NCBI GenBank assembly: GCA_005881275.1
Contig: VBEF01000025.1
Coordinates: 43,716 to 107,715, forward strand
DNA from: Chloroflexota bacterium
Lineage (GTDB): Bacteria; Chloroflexota; Dormibacteria; Dormibacterales; Dormibacteraceae
Length of the DNA stretch: 64,000 nt
Direction: 5' to 3'
Below are positions 58,680-64,000 of this stretch, in pieces. The translations under genes and the position numbers were made by a program. Each line of letters begins with the position of its first letter. Positions within the stretch are counted from its first letter, which is position 1. The notes under the pieces are model-generated. The model saw only the letters and a program-made list of their open reading frames with translations. It did no database searches and was not told the DNA's origin.

Positions 58680-59376
58680 ATAGGGGGTACTCGGCGGGGA
58701 AAGCCTGCGCCAGGATGCGCTCCTCCCACCCGATGCGCAGCAGCTCGCAGACAATGAAATAGGCGATGGCGAGCGCGCTCAGCCAGCCTCCGGTGGCAAT
58801 GTTGATGCCCAGCGCCGTCGCGATCTCGCCCAGATACACGGGATGGCGGCTCAGGGAGTAGGGCCCGCCAGTGACGAGGCGTCTGGCCTCCGGCACGATC
58901 GAGAACGACCGTCTCAGGTATGCCAGGCCCCAGACCGAATAGGCAAGCCCGGCTGTGGCGAGGATATCGCCAAAGAGGATCAGCCCTTCGCGCCGGCTCC
59001 CGCCGGGCAAAAAGCTGGCGCTTATGGCGGCAAAGGTGCCGGTGAAGGCGATGAAGATCACCGCAAGCCGGCGGTCGGTGCCGCGCTGAGGCAACCTCAC
59101 GGCGTACAAAACCACCAGCATCGTGAAGTAGGCGAGCGCCAGCAGCTGCTGGACCAGGAACAGCAGATCGGACGGCTGGCGGATGCCGTGCAGGCTGCCC
59201 GCAAGCAGGATCAGCTGCCGGGAGAGGAAGAGGCTGAAGAAGAGGGAAGGGAGGAGGCGGCTGAAGATGAGGTCCCGCCAGTAGGCTCCCGAGCGCCTCT
59301 GCACATGCTCTGCGACTCCGGAGGCGGCCATTCCCGGCGAAAAGGTAACAGGGGGGTACGACCCGAACGGGTTCAA
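58630..59376 (-). CDS. Isoprenylcysteine carboxyl methyltransferase (ICMT)/phospholipid methyltransferase-family membrane protein
   Basis: LVTGGPYSLSRHPVYLGEI..GWEERILAQAFPAEYPLYARRVPRYVP. Confidence 0.75.
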   Translation of the reverse strand: MNPFGSYPPVTFSPGMAASGVAEHVQRRSGAYWRDLIFSRLLPSLFFSLFLSRQLILLAGSLHGIRQPSDLLFLVQQLLALAYFTMLVVLYAVRLPQRGTDRRLAVIFIAFTGTFAAISASFLPGGSRREGLILFGDILATAGLAYSVWGLAYLRRSFSIVPEARRLVTGGPYSLSRHPVYLGEIATALGINIATGGWLSALAIAYFIVCELLRIGWEERILAQAFPAEYPLYARRVPRYVPNPLRRR

Positions 59377-59397
59377 AAGGCGTTTTGCCTTATTGAA

Positions 59398-59426
59398 TTG
59401 ACCTGCCTGGGACCGATGAGTACCAT
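59398..59426 (+). promoter_or_regulatory. Promoter candidate TTGACC-N17-TACCAT upstream of flp
   Basis: TTGACC at 59398-59403 and TACCAT at 59421-59426. This implies a leader of roughly 100 nt before the flp ATG. Confidence 0.4.
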
Positions 59427-59530
59427 CCTCGTCCGCGAGAGGACCCGGTAGCCCGCAAGAAAGTGGTATCGGGCAGCGTCAAGCAGGTCAGAAGCCTGTA
59501 GTTCAGGAAAAAGGAGGTGAAATCGCAGAA

Positions 59531-59707
59531 ATGTTGAGCCTTTACATGAAGCTTCGCAGCCTAACGACTCGTCAGGAAGGCCAGGGCATGGTTGAGTACG
59601 CTCTGATCCTCGTGCTGGTCTCAATCGTGGTCATCGTGATCCTTCTTACGATGGGTAACCAGATCAAGAACGTGTTCTCGAACGTCGTAGCCGCACTCGG
59701 AGCGTAA
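59531..59707 (+). CDS. flp: Flp-family type IVb pilin (58 aa; absent from the ORF track)
   Basis: MLSLYMKLRSLTTRQEGQG|MVEYALILVLVSIVVIVILL..., with the Flp G/xxxxEY processing motif and a hydrophobic core. The SD AAGGAGGTGA lies upstream. Confidence 0.8.
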   Translation: MLSLYMKLRSLTTRQEGQGMVEYALILVLVSIVVIVILLTMGNQIKNVFSNVVAALGA

Positions 59708-59730
59708 CAACCCACGTAATAGCACCTTCA

Positions 59731-59761
59731 AGAGAGCCCCGCGAGGGGCTCTCTCTTCTTT
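59731..59761 (+). terminator. Rho-independent terminator after flp
   Basis: AGAGAGCCCC, loop GCGA, GGGGCTCTCT, followed by CTTCTTT. Confidence 0.8.
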
Positions 59762-59842
59762 ACATCGAAGTGGGGGGAAGATCGCGGTTCGCATGGTTAC
59801 AATGTCGCCACTCTTGAGGATTCCATCGGAGGTGACTTAGTC

Positions 59843-60718
59843 TTGGCCGTCGCACCTGCTGCTACAAGACCCCGTCCCGGCGGAGGTCGTCTGTTCATCA
59901 TCGTCGGACTGTTGCTCGCCGTTCTTGCATTCGGCGGCGTCTTCCTGGTCGGTAACTTGGGAGGCGGTGGTGCCATCGGCGGACCGAACACCACAGTCGT
60001 CATCGCGAAGCAATCGATCCCATTGCGTCACCAGATCGTTGCGTCTGACCTGGAGACCGCGAAGATGTCGGTCAACGGCAACGCATCGCTTACCAACACG
60101 TACGCCAACCTCACTGACGTCGTGTCGCTGATCTCAGAGATCAACATCAGCAAGGGCACGGTGATCACGTCCGACATGTTGGCCAGGGATGTGAACCTGG
60201 TGCCCGCCGGCTCGGCGCCGGCGTACCTCCCGCTCGCCAAGGGCTATGTCGCCATGACGATCCCGACTGGTGAGCAGCAAGGAGTCGCGGGCCACATCAG
60301 TGTCGGCGACTACATCACCGTCATCTCGTCGGTGGGCGTGACCATCTTCAGCACCACAGGTCAGCAGCAAGGTGCGGCCAGATCCGTCAGCAAGACTGTG
60401 TTTACGAACCTCCGCATCATCGGTCTCGGCCCGGCATCGGCCGGTGTCCAACCCGCCGCAGGTAGCGGGAACACGACGTCTAGCAGCGGGCCTACGAGCG
60501 GTGTCACGTCGAGCCTCACCGTAGAGCTCACCCAATGCGACGCCGAGTTCCTTACCTGGTTCCTGGCCAACACGACTGTGCGCTACACACTCCTGTCCTT
60601 CAAGGACTACTCGACCCCTCCGACAGACAACCAGGACGAGAAGTGCAAGACGATCAAGGACGCCAATGGAGTGAGCAACACCACGGTCGACAAGATTTTC
60701 GGCTTCTCCAAGCTGTAA
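59843..60718 (+). CDS. cpaB: Flp pilus assembly protein CpaB/RcpC
   Basis: N-terminal TM anchor, a SAF-like segment (VVIAKQSIPLRHQIVASDLE), and a beta-rich C-terminus. The SD GGAGGTGA lies 7 nt before TTG 59843. Confidence 0.85.
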   Translation: MAVAPAATRPRPGGGRLFIIVGLLLAVLAFGGVFLVGNLGGGGAIGGPNTTVVIAKQSIPLRHQIVASDLETAKMSVNGNASLTNTYANLTDVVSLISEINISKGTVITSDMLARDVNLVPAGSAPAYLPLAKGYVAMTIPTGEQQGVAGHISVGDYITVISSVGVTIFSTTGQQQGAARSVSKTVFTNLRIIGLGPASAGVQPAAGSGNTTSSSGPTSGVTSSLTVELTQCDAEFLTWFLANTTVRYTLLSFKDYSTPPTDNQDEKCKTIKDANGVSNTTVDKIFGFSKL

Positions 60719-60727
60719 CAAAATCCG

Positions 60728-62212
60728 ATGGGGCTCCTCGATAGGGTCAAACAGAACCAGATAGTTCCGCCGGCGGGATCGACAGGCAACGGTCCCGCCA
60801 TCGCGACCCTTCCTGGTGCCCCCACCTACACGCCGCAGGCTGCGATTCCGGTAGCTCAGCCGGCGGCCCCCGCGACTCCAGGTCCAGCGTCTCCGTCGCG
60901 CTCGCCTGTAGGCGGGGACCTGTCGCCGGCATTCACCGCAGCGAAAGTGCAGATCCACGCCAAGCTGATCGAGAAGTTCGCGGACGAGATCGACTCGAGC
61001 AACAAGCCGGGTGTCCGCGAAAAGATCCTCGAGCTCGCCGAGGACTACTTCCGCTCCACGGCGATGACGATGACCAAGAACGACAAGGAGCGCCTTGTCG
61101 ACTCGGTTCTCGACGATGTGCTCGGGCTGGGTCCGCTCGAGGCGCTACTCGCCGACCCGAACATCACTGAAATCATGGCCAACCACCCCAAGCAGATCTA
61201 CGTCGAGAAGAGCGGTGAGCCGATCCTCTCATCGGTGACGTTCGAGTCGGAACGGCAGATGCGTCAGGTGATCGACCGAATCGTGAGCCTGGTCGGCAGG
61301 CGTGTCGACGAGTCGACGCCGATCTGCGACGCCCGTTTGAAAGACGGCTCGCGTGTCAACGTGGTCATTCCCCCAATCGCTTTGAAAGGCCCCGCGCTGA
61401 CGATCCGCAAGTTCGCCAAGGAGAAGTGGGGACCGGCCGACATCGTCAACCGGTTCAAGTCGTCGAGCCCGGAGATCATGACTTTCCTGCGCTCATGCGT
61501 CCGGGCGCGGCTCAACATCCTCGTCTCCGGTGGCACCGGCTCAGGTAAGACGACGCTGCTCAACATTCTCTCATCGTTCATTCCCGAGAACGAGCGCCTG
61601 ATCACCTGCGAGGACGCCGCCGAACTCCAGCTGCAGCAGCCGCATTGGATCCAGCTCGAATCGCGTCCGCCCAACGTCGAGGGCAAGGGTGCGGTTCCGA
61701 TCCGCGAGCTGGTCAAGAGCTGTCTGCGTATGCGCCCTGATCGCATCATCGTCGGTGAGTGTCGTGGCGGTGAGGCCCTGGACATGCTCCAGGCCATGAA
61801 CACGGGCCACGATGGATCGATGTCGACCCTCCACGCCAACAACCCGAAAGAGGCCCTCGTCCGTCTCGAGACGCTGGTTCTCCAGGCCGGCCAGGACCTG
61901 CCTTCGCGAGCCATCCGGGAAACCATCGGCTCGGCCATCCACCTGATCGTCCAGCAGTCCCGCCTTCGCGGTGGTATCCGCCGGATCGTGAGCGTCGCTG
62001 AGATCACAGGCATCAAGGACGGCGAGGTCCAGTTCCAGGAGCTCTTCACCTTCAAGCAGGTCGGTGTGAACGCCGAGGGCAAAGCAGTCGGCTATCACGC
62101 CGCCACCGGTGTGCTGCCGATTCGCATGGAGCACCTCAGAGCGGAAGGAGAAGACGTCTCGGAACAACTCTTTACGGCTGGAAAACAGCCACCGCCGGAT
62201 AAGCTGTACTGA
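60728..62212 (+). CDS. cpaF: CpaF/TadA family secretion ATPase with a Pro/Ala-rich N-terminal extension
   Basis: Walker A SGGTGSGKTT, the Asp box, Walker B, and the His box (MNTGHDGSMSTLHAN). Confidence 0.95.
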   Translation: MGLLDRVKQNQIVPPAGSTGNGPAIATLPGAPTYTPQAAIPVAQPAAPATPGPASPSRSPVGGDLSPAFTAAKVQIHAKLIEKFADEIDSSNKPGVREKILELAEDYFRSTAMTMTKNDKERLVDSVLDDVLGLGPLEALLADPNITEIMANHPKQIYVEKSGEPILSSVTFESERQMRQVIDRIVSLVGRRVDESTPICDARLKDGSRVNVVIPPIALKGPALTIRKFAKEKWGPADIVNRFKSSSPEIMTFLRSCVRARLNILVSGGTGSGKTTLLNILSSFIPENERLITCEDAAELQLQQPHWIQLESRPPNVEGKGAVPIRELVKSCLRMRPDRIIVGECRGGEALDMLQAMNTGHDGSMSTLHANNPKEALVRLETLVLQAGQDLPSRAIRETIGSAIHLIVQQSRLRGGIRRIVSVAEITGIKDGEVQFQELFTFKQVGVNAEGKAVGYHAATGVLPIRMEHLRAEGEDVSEQLFTAGKQPPPDKLY

Positions 62213-62229
62213 CCCTCAAGGAGATTTAG

Positions 62230-63210
62230 ATGCCACCAATCCCCGTGGTTTTCGGGCTGATCGCATTCGCCGGCGTGTTCCTGCTCTTCCTCGGCATCAG
62301 CCAGATGCGACGCGCCGCAGGCGGTGCCGAGGACTTCCAGGCGCGGCTGGCAGCGTATGGGGTGACGACGGCGGGTGCCCAGGCGCTGCCCCAGTCGACC
62401 GGCCTGCGGGATTCGCTCAACCGGCTGTTCCAGCCGGCCGCGGACAGGATGGGTCGTGGCGACGTCAAGAAAGGCAAGCCGTCGGTTACCGAGCAGCTGC
62501 AGCGCGCCGACTTGAAGCTGCGCCCATCGGAATACTTCATGATCCAGCTCGGCAGCGGCGTGGTGGTCGGCCTCATCGGCTACTGGCGATGGGGGCTCAT
62601 CTTCGGGTTGCTGTTCTTCGCCGGCTACCTGATCCCCGGGTTCTATGTGAAGTACCGGGTGAGCCAGCGCCTGAAGAAGTTCAACTCCCAGCTCGGCGAC
62701 ACGCTGACGCTGCTGTCCAACGCGCTGAAGGCCGGGTACTCGTTTGCGCAGGCGATCGACACCGTCGCGAAGAACGCAGTGGCGCCCATCGGCGACGAAT
62801 TCGGAAGGGCGGTTCGCGAGATGAACCTCGGTGGATCCCCCGATGAAGCCCTGGGCAACATCACCAAGCGCATCGCGAGCCAGGACTTCGACCTCGTGGC
62901 GACGGCCTACTCGATCCACCGCACAGTCGGTGGCAACCTGGCGGAGATCCTGGACAACATCGCCTACACGATTCGCGAAAGGGTGCGGATCAAGGGGGAG
63001 ATTCAGACCCTGACCGCGCAGGCCAAGGCGTCAGGGACGATCATCACAGCGCTCCCGATTCTCCTCGCCGTCTTCATGTTCTTCGTTACACCGACGTACT
63101 TCCAACCGATGTTCTCGAGCATCATCGGCTGGATCCTGATCGCGATCGGCGCGTTCATGATCTTCATCGGAAATCTGATCATCCGCCGCATCGTGGCGAT
63201 CGAGGTATAG
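62230..63210 (+). CDS. tadB: Type II secretion system F family protein TadB
   Basis: T2SSF domain (LGDTLTLLSNALKAGYSFAQAI) with flanking TM helices. Confidence 0.88.
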   Translation: MPPIPVVFGLIAFAGVFLLFLGISQMRRAAGGAEDFQARLAAYGVTTAGAQALPQSTGLRDSLNRLFQPAADRMGRGDVKKGKPSVTEQLQRADLKLRPSEYFMIQLGSGVVVGLIGYWRWGLIFGLLFFAGYLIPGFYVKYRVSQRLKKFNSQLGDTLTLLSNALKAGYSFAQAIDTVAKNAVAPIGDEFGRAVREMNLGGSPDEALGNITKRIASQDFDLVATAYSIHRTVGGNLAEILDNIAYTIRERVRIKGEIQTLTAQAKASGTIITALPILLAVFMFFVTPTYFQPMFSSIIGWILIAIGAFMIFIGNLIIRRIVAIEV

Positions 63211-63213
63211 CCC

Positions 63214-64000
63214 ATGTCAACCACTTTGCTTCTCGCACTGATCTGCGCGGGCGGCGTCCTCCTGTTCTTCATCGGCATCTCGCGCACGCCGACCACCAAC
63301 ACCGCGCAGATGGTTCAGCAGCGCCTGTCCGTCTACGGCGGTGAGAAGCCGCTGACGGTCGAAGAGATCGAGCTCCAGCGGCCGTTCAGTGAGCGCGTGC
63401 TGCGCCCGGCGATCGAAAGGCTTGGATCGCTGCTCTCGCGCTCGACGCCACAGAAAGCGCGGCAAGACGTGCTCAACAGGCTCGAGCTGGCGGGACGGCC
63501 GGGCAACCTGACGCCCGAAGACTTCATGGCCGTTCGCCTGGTCGCGGCCGCGGTGTTCGCCGCGATCGGCCTGCTGCTCGGGCTGCTTCTCGGCAATGTC
63601 GTCTACCTGGTCATCTCGCTCGTGCTGGGCACCATCCTTGGCTACTACGCCCCCGTCCTCTGGCTCAAGCAGAAGGTCGACGCGCGGCGTGCCGAGGTGA
63701 TGAAAGGCCTGCCGGACGCGCTTGATCTGCTCGTGATCTGCGTCGACGCAGGGCTCGGTTTCGACGCCGCGCTCGCGCGTGTCACAGACAAGTACAAGAA
63801 CGCTCTGTCCGACCTGCTGGCCAAGGCGCTTCGCGAGGTCAGCCTCGGTCGGCCGCGCCTCGAGGCGTTGGACGAGATGGGCCGGAACAGCGGCGTGGAG
63901 GACCTGCACAACTTCATGCAGGCGGTCATCCAGTCCGAGCAGTTCGGCACCGGCATCGGCAAGATCCTGCGCATCCAGGCCGACGAGATGCGGCGCAAGC
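63214..64000 (+). CDS. tadC: Type II secretion system F family protein TadC; 3' end lies outside the window
   Basis: Open frame from ATG 63214 to the window edge. Contains LPDALDLLVICVDAGLGFDAALARV. Absent from the ORF track because no stop codon is reached. Confidence 0.85.
   Translation, partial: MSTTLLLALICAGGVLLFFIGISRTPTTNTAQMVQQRLSVYGGEKPLTVEEIELQRPFSERVLRPAIERLGSLLSRSTPQKARQDVLNRLELAGRPGNLTPEDFMAVRLVAAAVFAAIGLLLGLLLGNVVYLVISLVLGTILGYYAPVLWLKQKVDARRAEVMKGLPDALDLLVICVDAGLGFDAALARVTDKYKNALSDLLAKALREVSLGRPRLEALDEMGRNSGVEDLHNFMQAVIQSEQFGTGIGKILRIQADEMRRK

Overview
High-GC window (roughly two-thirds G+C by eye, not computed), densely coding, with the look of chromosomal backbone from a high-GC Terrabacteria lineage (Actinomycetota-, Chloroflexota- or Dormibacterota-like). 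I found no CRISPR array, transposase, integrase or prophage.

Gene content, left to right:
- priA (3' end), def, fmt and smpB.
- An orphan R2-like diiron protein coupled to a GNAT, on the minus strand.
- tmRNA (ssrA), an F420-type deazaflavin oxidoreductase, a LOG-family protein and a PLD-like protein.
- A cytochrome-oxidase maturation block: a SCO/TlpA fusion, ctaA and ctaB.
- An MBL hydrolase with a rhodanese, then InhA-type fabI.
- A small lower-GC islet: RNase H-like protein, AT-hook basic protein, zinc-ribbon membrane protein.
- An acyl-CoA dehydrogenase with two hotdog proteins.
- A livGFHMJ-type ABC importer on the minus strand.
- A Ser/Pro-repeat surface protein and an SCO1664/DUF3090 pair.
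- A monocistronic dnaK, a GT87-like membrane protein, and tRNA-Thr(CGU).
- A GNAT, an HtrA-like protein, argS, pyrG, a GlpX-like protein and an M50 protease.
- The mycobacteria-like syntenic run rpmE-DUF1385-prfA-prmC-tsaC-glyA-wecA-atpZIBEFHAGDC-murA-mreB.
- An ~8 kb polyprenyl-phosphate-sugar glycosylation island: 2 GT4, TagA/WecB, 2 Dpm1/Ppm1-like GT2, 2 GT-C-like membrane proteins and an ICMT-like methyltransferase.
- A Tad/Flp pilus locus that runs off the right edge.

Features not in the ORF track:
- tmRNA and tRNA-Thr.
- A 58-aa Flp pilin.
- A 49-aa candidate membrane peptide.
- atpE, which the track shows only as an over-extended ORF.
- The truncated tadC.

Main second-look items:
- The glycosylation island next to the Tad locus.
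- An apparent frameshift splitting the membrane anchor from the SCO/TlpA fusion.
- Proteins with degenerate catalytic motifs or internal in-frame deletions: HtrA-like, GlpX-like, HadA-like hotdog and MreB.
- The RNase H-like/AT-hook islet.
- Several structured intergenic elements.

I did not find anything I can defend as a clearly new multi-gene system. The candidates are listed with explicit tests. All homology calls come from motif recognition by eye, not database searches.
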